This document shows positions 37,337 through 46,978 of a DNA stretch of 64,000 nucleotides, piece after piece; position 1 is the stretch's first letter; each line of letters begins with the position of its first letter. The DNA lies in assembly GCA_965276845.1 (NCBI GenBank), contig OZ255699.1, forward strand, positions 94,687 through 158,686. Reading direction: 5' to 3'. This stretch comes from Parvibaculaceae bacterium (GTDB lineage: Bacteria; Pseudomonadota; Alphaproteobacteria; Parvibaculales; Parvibaculaceae). Below the pieces are notes generated by a model. That model did not search any database. It was not told the origin of the DNA and saw nothing but the letters and a program-made list of their open reading frames with translations. Made by a program: the position numbers and the translations under genes.

Positions 37337-39373
37337 TCAAGCCTCTCGGACGGCGTCTTCGGTCCAATAGCGGATCTTGTCCAACAGCACGTCAATCGCG
37401 ACCGGTTTTGCCAGGTAATCATTCATGCCGGCTTCAAGACACCGCTCGCGATCTCCTGCCATGGCGCTTGCGGTGATGGCGATAATGGGAACGTTCGCAA
37501 TATCGCCGCCCAGTTTACGAATGCGCTTGGTCGCCTCAATGCCATCCATATGGACCATCTGTACATCCATCAGAACGAGATCGTAGGGAAGGGATCGGGC
37601 GGCGCTCACGGCTTCCCGGCCATCGCCGACAGCGTCAACCGTGACCGGATGCTTCTGAAGGGCGCTCTGAATGAACTTAAGGTTGGTAGGGTTATCGTCT
37701 GCGAGGAGGATGCGGCACCCTGGTCCCTCGCCGGAAGGCCGTTTTCGCGCCGGTTCTTTCTTTTCGACCTTTTTAGGTGTCGCCGCCTTCGCTGGCAGGT
37801 CTTCGAAGAACCGATTGAGCGTATTGATGAGGCGCCGTTGACTGATGGGTTTGGGTGCAATGGCATCGAAGCCCCATTCTTCGGCCTGGCTTGCGGTGGC
37901 GATACCGGACGAAGAAAGAATGAGCTTAACCGGTTTGATGTCCGCATCGTCACGGATCTCAGCGGCCAGTTGGACGCCATCCATGCCGGGCATCATATGG
38001 TCGATGATGACCGTCTCGAAGGGTTTGCCTTTTTCCTGCGCCGCTAGAATCGCATCTCGGGCATCGAAGGGATTGTCGACGGTTTCTACGCGACATCCAT
38101 AGGCGGCAAGCATGAGGCCAATAACACGCAGGTTGACCTGATTGTCGTCAACAACAAGCAGTCGGCGGCTACGAAGCATTTGGGCATCGGAAGAGTCGAG
38201 GTAGCGCTCATCCCCGTCATCGGTATCGAGAACAATGCGAGCTTTAAAGGTACTGCCTTTGCCTACTTCACTTTGAACGTCGAGCGTTCCCTCCATCAGC
38301 TCCACAAGGTCGTGACAGATCGAAAGCCCGAGGCCAGTGCCACCAAATTCCCGCGTCGTCGATACATCAGCCTGGGTGAAGCGCTCAAACAGTTGCTCTT
38401 GTTGCTCAGGCGAAATGCCCAGCCCCGTATCGCTGACACTGAACAGAATGGCCACTTTCTCGCCCGGCAGGCGGTCCTCCAAGCGAACCTCCAGCGAGAT
38501 GCCGCCTTCCTCGGTGAACTTGATCGCGTTACCCAAGAGGTTGACCAGGATCTGTCGAATACGGCCCTGATCACCGATGAGAGCGACCGGGATGTTCGGA
38601 TCCACATAGGACGCTATCTCCAGGTCCTTCGACTGCGCTCGGACAGACATCAATGCCATAACGCTGCGCACAAGCCGCTCGATATTGACCTCTGTTTCAT
38701 CCAGATCGAGGGCGCCTGCTTCGATCTTCGATACATCCAGCACGTCATTCAGGATTGAGAGGAGCGACTCGCCGCTCTCAGCAATGGTCTCGACATAGTC
38801 CGATTGCTGTTCATCAAGGTTCGTATCCTTGATCAGGCTGGCGAAACCCAAGACGGCGTTGAGTGGTGTCCGGATCTCGTGACTCATATTGGCGAGAAAC
38901 TGCGATTTGGCGCGCGACGCTGCCTCAGCTTCTTTCTTCATGTCCTTGAGTTCTTGCTGACGCACCAACTCCTCCGTCATGTCGACGGATGTGCCGACCC
39001 ATCGACCGCCGCTGACCGGACGGTGATTGATCAAGAGCGTTCGCCCGTCCGGCATCGCCGTCTTCAGAGGCTCTCCAGCAAGGAGCATATCGACGGCCGC
39101 GTCCGCGAGATCGTCCAGGTCGTCGTTTTCAGAATATTTTGTGAGACTGATCAGCGAGGCGAGCATCGCGTCCTTGAACGATCCGCCGTTCTCGATGATC
39201 TCGTACCAGTCTTTGAAGTCGGTTCGCGCCTGATTGTTGGCATAGAGCACGCGGAATTCACTGTCATAAATGGCGAACCCGTCGTCGAGCGCTTCTATGG
39301 CTTCAGAAAACAAAGCTTCGACATCGCTGACGCGATTGGTGTCCTCGCTCTGTTTTGCAACTGCGTCGGCCAT
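37337..39373 (-). CDS. Soluble hybrid sensor histidine kinase (PAS - HisKA - HATPase_c - REC - REC)
   Basis: H-box SHEIRTPLN, N/G boxes (NLLGNAIKFT, DTGLGI, GGTGLGL) and two receiver domains (LLVVDDNQVN...DHMMPGMDG; ILLADDNPTN...DVQMVHMDG). No TM segments. Confidence 0.85.
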   Translation of the reverse strand: MADAVAKQSEDTNRVSDVEALFSEAIEALDDGFAIYDSEFRVLYANNQARTDFKDWYEIIENGGSFKDAMLASLISLTKYSENDDLDDLADAAVDMLLAGEPLKTAMPDGRTLLINHRPVSGGRWVGTSVDMTEELVRQQELKDMKKEAEAASRAKSQFLANMSHEIRTPLNAVLGFASLIKDTNLDEQQSDYVETIAESGESLLSILNDVLDVSKIEAGALDLDETEVNIERLVRSVMALMSVRAQSKDLEIASYVDPNIPVALIGDQGRIRQILVNLLGNAIKFTEEGGISLEVRLEDRLPGEKVAILFSVSDTGLGISPEQQEQLFERFTQADVSTTREFGGTGLGLSICHDLVELMEGTLDVQSEVGKGSTFKARIVLDTDDGDERYLDSSDAQMLRSRRLLVVDDNQVNLRVIGLMLAAYGCRVETVDNPFDARDAILAAQEKGKPFETVIIDHMMPGMDGVQLAAEIRDDADIKPVKLILSSSGIATASQAEEWGFDAIAPKPISQRRLINTLNRFFEDLPAKAATPKKVEKKEPARKRPSGEGPGCRILLADDNPTNLKFIQSALQKHPVTVDAVGDGREAVSAARSLPYDLVLMDVQMVHMDGIEATKRIRKLGGDIANVPIIAITASAMAGDRERCLEAGMNDYLAKPVAIDVLLDKIRYWTEDAVREA

Positions 39374-39521
39374 CTCACTCCCCCGAAAAATCAGGAGTGT
39401 ATTTAGTCAGTACAAGGTTAAAAAATGTAAAACCAAGTCTGGATTTGGAGTGTCAAATGACCCCAAAGCCTAGGCAATACGTACTATTTGTGTGTATTGC
39501 ATGTTAATCTTTGCTCCGGGC

Positions 39522-41510
39522 TCAGAGTAAATCGCTATCCGAAATAATCTCAACAAGTGCGGGGCCATCGTAAGCGAGAGCTTCCCTGATCGCATCCGCG
39601 AGCTCGGCTTTATCGGTCACCTTGGTTCCATGCCCACCACACAGCCGTGCATAGGCAGCGAAGCTGGGATTGTGAAGCGACGTCTGCCAGACAGGCCATT
39701 CTCCAGCTTTCTGCTCTTTCGAAATTTTGCCGAGCTCGGAATTGTTGAGAAGGATGTGCGTAATATTCATGCCGTATTTCACCGCCGTGGTGAATTCCGC
39801 CATGTATTGCCCAAAGCCGCCATCACCTGAGACGGAGACGATTGGGCGCCCTGCATATTCATCAAAGTCCTGCACGGCGGCCCAGGCCCCCATCGCGGCA
39901 GGAAATGAGAAGCCGATCGATCCGAGATATCCCGACATGAGCACATCTTGCTCGGTGCATTCGAAATAGCGCCCGAAGGAATAGGTGTTGTTGCCGACAT
40001 CGACAGCGATGACCGCATTGTCGGGCACAAGGTCCGTGAGCGCAGCGAATATGCTGGCGGAGTTGAGGCCGTCGCCCCGGTCATCGGCAGCACGACTTTT
40101 CTTTTCGTCCCGCCAGATTTGCCAGCGCTCGGCGATTTCTCCTGTCTGGTCTTGCGCCGCGAGCGTTTTTGGCAGGCTGGTTTCGAAGGCGGCGAGGGCC
40201 TGTCCAATATCACCCAGGACAGGACAGTCGACCGGGTGGATCTTGCCCAAATGCATCGGGTCGAAGTCGACCTGCACAATAGGCTTGGACCTCTCGATCC
40301 CCGTGTGGTCCGAGAAGGAGGACCCCAGCGCGATGAGCAAATCTGCCTCGTTCATGAACCAGCTGGCGATAGGGGTGCCTGACCGACCAAGCACACCGGC
40401 GCCGCACTTGTGCCGGTCGGAGATCAATCCTTTCGCTTTGAAGGTGGTGAGGACTGGTGCTTTGAGGCGCTCTGCGAAAGCGATCAGCGCATCAGTAGCA
40501 TCGCGTGCACCGTAGCCCGCGATGATCACCGGCCGCTTGGCCTTTGAAATGAGGTCGACGGCCTGAGCTATTGAGGCATCTGACGGGGTAACGGCCATGT
40601 CGCCGAGGCGGCCTTCTGGCGTCCCGGCAGCGACGGTGTCGTCGGCTGGAATGGTTTGTACATCGTCTGGAAAGATGAGGTGCGACACATCGCGATTAAC
40701 GAGCGCGCTCCGACAGGCAAGAGTCATGAGCTCCGCATGTTTGGAAGAGTGCAAAACGGTCTGAGAGAAGTGCGCGACACTCTCAAATGCGGACGCCAGA
40801 TCAATTTCCTGGAAGGAGCCGGGGCCAAGCACCTGAACATTGACCTGACCCGTTAGGGCCAGCGCAGGCGCCCGGTCGACCTTTGCATCCCACAAACCGG
40901 TGAGCAGATTGGTGGCGCCAGGGCCGGCGATCGAGAGGCAAGCGGCGGGTTTACCTGTGAGTTTCGCATAGCCGGAGCAGGCAAATGACGCAGCCCCCTC
41001 ATGGCGAATGCCAATATAACTGAGCTCACCCTCTCGCTCTTTTGTGCGCAGCGCTTCAGCCACGCCAAGGTTGGAGTGACCGACCATGCCAAAGACACGC
41101 TTCACGCCCCAATTGACCATGGTATCTGCCATCACATGGGAGATGGTGCGGGGGCTATCCGGTTCCGTGGGCACTTCGACATAGATGCCGTCATCTCTCA
41201 CGTCGACGGCATACATTTGCTGGCCCGTGTCTTCGTGGCCTCCCGGCGGCTTGCCGGTGAGGGGATCAAAATCCCACCCGTGCCAGGGACACCGCAACCA
41301 ACACTTGCCGTCGATGCCATCTTCGATGGACCCCTCGCCCAAGGGACCGCCCTGGTGCGGGCAACGATTGTCCATCGCCGCGTACTGGCCGGAGAAATGT
41401 GTGAGCGCAAGGGAGAGCGTTCCGGCGGTGACGGTCATGACGCGTCCTTCTGCGAGGTCGTCCACGTCAGCCACTTTAATCCAGCTTGTATCAGAATGAG
41501 CAGCGGTCAT
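39522..41510 (-). CDS. Fusion protein: N-terminal Rieske [2Fe-2S] domain + full thiamine-diphosphate enzyme (pyruvate oxidase/PoxB-like)
   Basis: Rieske ligand motifs CPHQGGP and CPWHGWDF lie within the first ~110 aa. These are followed by a ThDP Pyr domain (GVKRVFGMVGHSNLG...GPGATNLLTGL), a central domain and a PP domain (SGDGGFGQY...LLNNSELG). ATG 41510 has GGAGG upstream. Confidence 0.8.
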   Translation of the reverse strand: MTAAHSDTSWIKVADVDDLAEGRVMTVTAGTLSLALTHFSGQYAAMDNRCPHQGGPLGEGSIEDGIDGKCWLRCPWHGWDFDPLTGKPPGGHEDTGQQMYAVDVRDDGIYVEVPTEPDSPRTISHVMADTMVNWGVKRVFGMVGHSNLGVAEALRTKEREGELSYIGIRHEGAASFACSGYAKLTGKPAACLSIAGPGATNLLTGLWDAKVDRAPALALTGQVNVQVLGPGSFQEIDLASAFESVAHFSQTVLHSSKHAELMTLACRSALVNRDVSHLIFPDDVQTIPADDTVAAGTPEGRLGDMAVTPSDASIAQAVDLISKAKRPVIIAGYGARDATDALIAFAERLKAPVLTTFKAKGLISDRHKCGAGVLGRSGTPIASWFMNEADLLIALGSSFSDHTGIERSKPIVQVDFDPMHLGKIHPVDCPVLGDIGQALAAFETSLPKTLAAQDQTGEIAERWQIWRDEKKSRAADDRGDGLNSASIFAALTDLVPDNAVIAVDVGNNTYSFGRYFECTEQDVLMSGYLGSIGFSFPAAMGAWAAVQDFDEYAGRPIVSVSGDGGFGQYMAEFTTAVKYGMNITHILLNNSELGKISKEQKAGEWPVWQTSLHNPSFAAYARLCGGHGTKVTDKAELADAIREALAYDGPALVEIISDSDLL

Positions 41511-41597
41511 ATGCGCCTCCCAGCGGTCTTGGTGTCCCCAGACAATGACAGGCCGCGCTACCATGCATCTTGCGGGGTCATTGGACGGAATGTCAGT

Positions 41598-42524
41598 ATG
41601 ATCGTCAAATCACACTTAGTTTGGGAACGAGATATCTTGACCTATGATCATTTCAAGTTAGCGACATCTCCAAGTGATCAGTGTCCGGTTGTTCATCGGT
41701 GGCAAGGAGCGGATGAGCCGCGCGCCATCATGGTCATTGCCCATGGCATGGGGGAGCATGCGCTGCGCTATGCGCGGTTGGCCGATGCTTTGAATGCGGC
41801 TGGGTTCATCGTCTATGCGAATGATCATCGCGGCCATGGTGCGACCGTGTCAGACGCCTCCCAACTCGGCGAGTATGGTGAGGCAGGGTGGCGCGGTTTG
41901 GTCGACGATGAAAAAGCGGTCATCGCCCGTACGAAGGAGGACTTTCCGGGACTGCCTGTCGTCCTTATGGGCCACTCAATGGGGTCGATGGTGGTGCAAC
42001 ACCTGCTGACGGAAGCCAGCGACACCATCGATGCCGCTGCATTGAGCGGCACCACCGCGGTAGACGTGATGGCGGCAGCCGTCGCGGATCCGGATGCGAA
42101 TGTGTTTGAGACCTTGAACGCGGCCTTCGCGCCGACCCGAACGGAGTCGGACTGGCTCAGTCGCGACGAGGCGGAAGTCGACAAGTATGTTGCTGACCCG
42201 CTTTGCGGGTTTACGGTTTCTGACGCCTCATCCGCCTCGTTGGGCGAGGCGGGCGTCGCTTACTCAACACCAGAAGCAATGGGCAATGTCCGCAACGATC
42301 TGCCCCTCTACATTTTCTCTGGCGACCTCGATCCGGTGGGTCTGAATGGCGAACTTGTCCGCCTTGTTGCGGAGCGATATCGCGACGCGGGGATTCAGAG
42401 TTTAGACCTAAAGCTCTATGAAAATGCCCGTCACGAGCTGTTCAATGAGACGAATCGCGAGGAAGTGACCGCAGATTTTGTGTCCTGGGCCAAAAAATCC
42501 GTCGGCCTAGAAGGAGATTTCTAA
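41598..42524 (+). CDS. Alpha/beta hydrolase, lysophospholipase / monoacylglycerol-lipase-like
   Basis: 308 aa from ATG 41598 with HGMGEHALRY, DHRGHG and the nucleophile elbow GHSMGS. The ORF-track start 41001 is antisense to the Rieske gene and not credible. Confidence 0.75.
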   Translation: MIVKSHLVWERDILTYDHFKLATSPSDQCPVVHRWQGADEPRAIMVIAHGMGEHALRYARLADALNAAGFIVYANDHRGHGATVSDASQLGEYGEAGWRGLVDDEKAVIARTKEDFPGLPVVLMGHSMGSMVVQHLLTEASDTIDAAALSGTTAVDVMAAAVADPDANVFETLNAAFAPTRTESDWLSRDEAEVDKYVADPLCGFTVSDASSASLGEAGVAYSTPEAMGNVRNDLPLYIFSGDLDPVGLNGELVRLVAERYRDAGIQSLDLKLYENARHELFNETNREEVTADFVSWAKKSVGLEGDF

Positions 42525-42732
42525 TTTCTGGCCTCAAGGGTGGAAAACCGCAGAAATCTCCCTATTTTTACTAGGTATATGGTGCGAATTCCGTTGCGAC
42601 AGACTGCAAAAATAGCAGTTTGATGAGCAAAATTTACGCACAAAGTACATTTGGCGTGCCAAATGGGGCTAGCATGCGTCCTATTCGCACTGCACAATTG
42701 TTACCGTTGTAAACGGTCGGAGGCCTTTCTAG

Positions 42733-44196
42733 ATGAAGAACGCTCAAAAGAGGATGGATGACGCCACCACTTATGCTGAGTGGAAGGAAGCGGCTCACGA
42801 GCACGACGTGCTGTCTGGTGCCGAGGACTGGAAGCGACAGGAGCACACCCGGCGTTACGACTATGCGACCATCCGCGAGCGGCTTCGAGAAATTCGCAAA
42901 GCGCGGGACACGGGTAACGATCGTGCACTTCTTTTTGCGTTGAACGAAGGCATTCACGGAAATCTGGGCGGTATGGGCAAGCCGTCGCTCTATACGCGTT
43001 CCAAAGTGGGAACCAAACGCCTTATCACCGATTATGTGGAAGAAGTGACACGGTCCCTTATTCACATCTCCAAAGTGCGCTCAAACATCATCACCAAAGC
43101 TGAGAAGCTCGACTTCTTCCATAGAGCCAGCCATTGCTTTGGCCGATCGGCACTGATGCTGAGCGGAGCTGGAGCCCTCGGACCATTCCATATCGGAGTC
43201 ATCAAAACCCTGGCGCAGGAAGGCTTGCTGCCGCGTGTGATTTCGGGGTCGAGCGCGGGCGCGCTCACCGCTGCTGTGATCGGAACGCATTCCGATGAAG
43301 AGCTTGTGCCGTTCTTTGAAGCGGACATCGAGCTGGAAGCCGCAATCGAAGAGGCGCATGTCACCTCTGTGCTGGGCTGGCGGGATCGCATCCAGACAGA
43401 AGACCTGCGCGAGATGGTTGAAGCCTGGATACCGGACCTCACCTTCGCTGAAGCGTTCCAGCTCACTGGCAGACATATCAATGTTTCGGTAGCGCCAACC
43501 AAGAAGATGCAGGCCTCACGCCTCCTGAATGCCATCACTTCGCCCAATGTGTTGGTGCGCGAAGCGGTGATGGCGTCTTGCGCCGTGCCCGGAGTGTTCC
43601 CACCGGTTATGTTGATGGCGCGCGATGCCGATGGCGAAAAGCAGCCGTACCTCTCCGACATGCGGTGGATCGACGGATCCGTGACCGATGACATGCCGGC
43701 GAAACGCCTGGCGCGTCTTTATGGGGTGAACCATTTCATCGCGAGCCAGACCAACCCGATTATTCTCTGGACCATTCAGAATCCGAATGGCGAAAACGGA
43801 TTCTTTGGCCATCTGTGGAACATGGGTAGCCGGGCGACGAAGGAGTGGTTCCGCGCAACCCGGAACTTCACGGATCAGATGACCCGCAGCCTGCCGAGCG
43901 TGAACTCTGCGGTTAACATGTTCCATTCGGTGGCCCTGCAGGAGTACACGGCCGACATCAATATCATCCCGCGTCGCCGTTTCTGGGACCCGCGCAAGCT
44001 ATTGGCGCCGCTCGATCGCGAAGAGATGGAGTATCTGATCGCAGAAGGCGAAGCGGCAACCTGGCCTCAGGTCGAGATGATCCGCAATTGCAGCATGATC
44101 AGCCACACGCTCGATAACCTGCTTGAGGAAATTGAAGGTGACGTTGTTGGTCTCTATCGCCCAACGGCAACGCCCGTCGGCAACAAAGCGGCTTAA
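42733..44196 (+). CDS. Patatin-like phospholipase/TAG-lipase (DUF3336-type N-terminus + patatin domain)
   Basis: Oxyanion LSGAGALG, nucleophile GSSAGA (GxSxG) and catalytic Asp in IDGSVTDD. GGAGG RBS. 487 aa. Confidence 0.8.
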   Translation: MKNAQKRMDDATTYAEWKEAAHEHDVLSGAEDWKRQEHTRRYDYATIRERLREIRKARDTGNDRALLFALNEGIHGNLGGMGKPSLYTRSKVGTKRLITDYVEEVTRSLIHISKVRSNIITKAEKLDFFHRASHCFGRSALMLSGAGALGPFHIGVIKTLAQEGLLPRVISGSSAGALTAAVIGTHSDEELVPFFEADIELEAAIEEAHVTSVLGWRDRIQTEDLREMVEAWIPDLTFAEAFQLTGRHINVSVAPTKKMQASRLLNAITSPNVLVREAVMASCAVPGVFPPVMLMARDADGEKQPYLSDMRWIDGSVTDDMPAKRLARLYGVNHFIASQTNPIILWTIQNPNGENGFFGHLWNMGSRATKEWFRATRNFTDQMTRSLPSVNSAVNMFHSVALQEYTADINIIPRRRFWDPRKLLAPLDREEMEYLIAEGEAATWPQVEMIRNCSMISHTLDNLLEEIEGDVVGLYRPTATPVGNKAA

Positions 44197-44198
44197 GG

Positions 44199-45242
44199 CT
44201 AGCCTGGATCCGCTTCCGACCCTGCGGTGATACGCAATAGACCGCGGAAAGCGCGCTGCGGTGTTGATCCGTTTTGCACCACATTGAAGACTTCTTCAGC
44301 GATGGGCATGGTCACACCCGCGGCTTCGGCAATCTTCATCACCACCGGCGCGCTTTTTACACCCTCCGCCACCATATGCATCTCATCGATGATCTGCTCG
44401 AGCGACTGGCCTTTGCCGAGTTTCTCGCCCACGTGACGGTTCCGGCTTTGCGGGCTGGTGCAGGTCGCGACCAAATCACCCATCCCGGCAAGGCCCGCAA
44501 AGGTCTCGGGCCGACCGCCCAACGCTTCGCCAAGGCGGGTGAGCTCGGCAAGACCACGGGTGATCACGGCTGCCCGCGTATTGTCACCGGCACCCAGACC
44601 GTCCCCCATGCCGACAGCGATCGCGATGATGTTCTTAAGGGCGCCGCCCAGTTCGCAGCCGATCAGATCATTGTTGGTGTAGACGCGGAACAGGCCCGAT
44701 TGAAAGACAGACCGCAGCGAGTTGCACACCGTCTCATCCTCCATGGCGAGCACGCTGGCCGCCGCTGATCCCGCCATGATCTCACGTGCGAGGTTGGGGC
44801 CCGTAAGAACCCCGGGCGGATGTCCAGGCAGGACGTCAGAAATGATCTGGGTCATGCGAAGCGACGTGCCTTGTTCCAGTCCTTTCGACAGGCTGATCAC
44901 AGGCACCCAGGGGCGTATGAAAGGCTTGGCATCTTCCAGCACCGCTCTGAACTGCTGGGAGGGAATCCCCATGACGATGACGTCAGCGTCGGAAACAGCC
45001 TCCTCGAGTGACGTTGTCGCAGTCAGGGCTTCCGGCAGAGTGGCATCGGGCAGGTACTTCCGGTTGGTGTTGAGGACATTCACTTCTGTGGCGGCATCGG
45101 GGTTGCGAAGCCAAAGCTTGGTCTCAGCGTTCCGGGCAACAAGCGCAGCAACGGTGGTTCCCCAGGACCCGCCCCCTAGCACGCTGACTTTGAGATGCAT
45201 CGGGTTGTTGCGCTCGTGGCGATTGCGGATCTGGTCGTTCAT
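44199..45242 (-). CDS. gpsA: NAD(P)H-dependent glycerol-3-phosphate dehydrogenase
   Basis: VSVLGGGSWGTTVA dinucleotide motif and GpsA-typical blocks (NLAREI, LKNIIAIAVG). Start 45242 chosen for the GGGGAG upstream; alternative starts are 45200 and 45266. Confidence 0.88.
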   Translation of the reverse strand: MNDQIRNRHERNNPMHLKVSVLGGGSWGTTVAALVARNAETKLWLRNPDAATEVNVLNTNRKYLPDATLPEALTATTSLEEAVSDADVIVMGIPSQQFRAVLEDAKPFIRPWVPVISLSKGLEQGTSLRMTQIISDVLPGHPPGVLTGPNLAREIMAGSAAASVLAMEDETVCNSLRSVFQSGLFRVYTNNDLIGCELGGALKNIIAIAVGMGDGLGAGDNTRAAVITRGLAELTRLGEALGGRPETFAGLAGMGDLVATCTSPQSRNRHVGEKLGKGQSLEQIIDEMHMVAEGVKSAPVVMKIAEAAGVTMPIAEEVFNVVQNGSTPQRAFRGLLRITAGSEADPG

Positions 45243-45484
45243 ATGATTGGCGTCTCCCCTTACCAACTTGTTTTTAAGGATGTTAAGCGTAAGTCACAGG
45301 CTCTGCCAACCGAGGGAAGGCGGTCGGTTGCGGAAAAAAGGTGTAAATACGGGAAGTTGGACTGGCATAAGGTAAGTCTCTCTGTGTACGATCAAAAGCA
45401 GGAAAGGTGAGCGATTGACGATTTGTCAGTTGGGGGAGCTGATCTTGCGGGAGACGACAAGAACACGCCTAGAGGAAGGGCTCC

Positions 45485-46939
45485 ATGCGGCGCATATCAA
45501 ATACCGACGCTTCATTCTTTTACGCAGACACGCAACGCACACCCAGCGTGGTGGGCGGGTTGATGATCTACGATCAATCAACGGCCGGGCGCGGCAAAGT
45601 CCGATTTAAGGAGATTCTTTCCTGGATTGAGGACCGTCTGCATTTGTGGGCGCCCTTTACTCAGCGCCTTGTGCGCGTGCCGTTCGATCTCGATCTTCCC
45701 TATCTGGCAGAAGACCCGAATTTTGATGTGGAATTCCATGTCCGTCATCTGTCCCTGCCCAAGCCGGGTGACTGGCGCCAGCTTTGTATTCTCGCCTCGC
45801 GTCTCTACTCACGCCCGCTGGACATGAACCGCCCGCTCTGGGAAGTGAATGTCATTGAAGGCCTCGACAAGGTTGAGGGGCTGCCAAAAGGCAGCTTCGC
45901 TGTGCTGGTGAAGCTCCATCACATGGTGGTCGATGGAATGGGGACGGTGTCCCTGTTGCAGGCACTTCATTCAGAAACAAAGGTGGCTGCGCCGCCGCGT
46001 GCGCCGTTGCGGGAGGCGAAGGCGGTCAAGCCACTCCCAACGGACATGGCGATGATTACAAAGTCGCTGCCGTCGCTCGCCCGTCAACCGCTGACCACGG
46101 CGCAGTCCGCCCTTTCCCTGGTGAAGGGAGAACTGAAGGCTCGTCGCTTGAAGTCTGACAACAACGTGGCGAGCGCACCGTCCGCGCCGATGACACGCTT
46201 CAACAAAGAGGTGACGCCCTACAGGGTCTTTGAGGCGGTCGATTTCAAGCTCGACGATTTCCGCAGCATCAAGAAATTGGTTGAGGGTGCGTCTGTCAAT
46301 GACGTGGCGATCGCGGTCTGTGGCGGTGCGATGCGTCGCTATTTGGCCGAAACAAATGAACTACCTGATGATTCCCTCGTCGCCATGTGCCCGATCTCGG
46401 TGCGCACAGGGCCCGCAGGGATGGAGTCGGGCAACCAGATCACAGACATGACCGTTGCCATGGGCACGGACATTCCCGATCCCTTGCAAAGGCTCCAGGC
46501 GGTGAAGATGCGCACCGATGATGCGAAACAATTAGCCCAGACTCGAGGCTCGGACATGCTGGAAAGCGTGATGGGGCTTTTCAGCCCGGCCACAGCTTCC
46601 TGGTTCTTCAGATCAGCAGAGGGGATGAAGTGGATTTCGCGGATCAAGCCGGTCTGCAACACCTTCGTCTCAAATGTGCCGGGCATTCCCTATGACATGT
46701 ATTTCTCTGGCGCCAAGCTCGTCCGGTCCTATGGCCTGGCACCGCTCGCCGACGGCATGGGGATTTTCCACGCCATCACTGGCTACCAGGATCAATTGTC
46801 GGTCTGTGTCACAGCGGACAGAGAGATGCTGCCAGACCCTGACTTTTATGCCAGGTGCGTCCAGGCGTCATTTGACGAGTACAAAGCGTTGGTCGAAGAC
46901 GACGATGGGGAAGATCAGACAGTCGTCTATCTAGAATAG
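45485..46939 (+). CDS. Wax ester synthase / acyl-CoA:diacylglycerol acyltransferase (WS/DGAT)
   Basis: 484 aa with the catalytic HHxxxDG motif (HHMVVDGMG), N-terminal DASFFY and C-terminal NVPG blocks typical of AtfA/Tgs enzymes. Confidence 0.88.
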   Translation: MRRISNTDASFFYADTQRTPSVVGGLMIYDQSTAGRGKVRFKEILSWIEDRLHLWAPFTQRLVRVPFDLDLPYLAEDPNFDVEFHVRHLSLPKPGDWRQLCILASRLYSRPLDMNRPLWEVNVIEGLDKVEGLPKGSFAVLVKLHHMVVDGMGTVSLLQALHSETKVAAPPRAPLREAKAVKPLPTDMAMITKSLPSLARQPLTTAQSALSLVKGELKARRLKSDNNVASAPSAPMTRFNKEVTPYRVFEAVDFKLDDFRSIKKLVEGASVNDVAIAVCGGAMRRYLAETNELPDDSLVAMCPISVRTGPAGMESGNQITDMTVAMGTDIPDPLQRLQAVKMRTDDAKQLAQTRGSDMLESVMGLFSPATASWFFRSAEGMKWISRIKPVCNTFVSNVPGIPYDMYFSGAKLVRSYGLAPLADGMGIFHAITGYQDQLSVCVTADREMLPDPDFYARCVQASFDEYKALVEDDDGEDQTVVYLE

Positions 46940-46978
46940 GGAGAGAGGTTTCCTGAACGGAGACCTGGAGGAATAAGC

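Noticed and set aside
42525-42732. 208-nt intergenic region before the patatin gene, checked for tRNA/sRNA or a riboswitch
   Set aside because: I saw no cloverleaf-compatible arms and no known riboswitch core, only short hairpins (e.g. CCGTTGTAAACGG). It most likely holds a promoter and 5' UTR.
45308-45428. Hairpin CAACCGA-N10-TCGGTTG and small palindrome TGACGATTTGTCA in the gpsA / WS-DGAT divergent region, considered as an sRNA, terminator or operator
   Set aside because: There is no U-tract in the right orientation, the stems are short, and nothing distinguishes them from chance in a 240-nt region.
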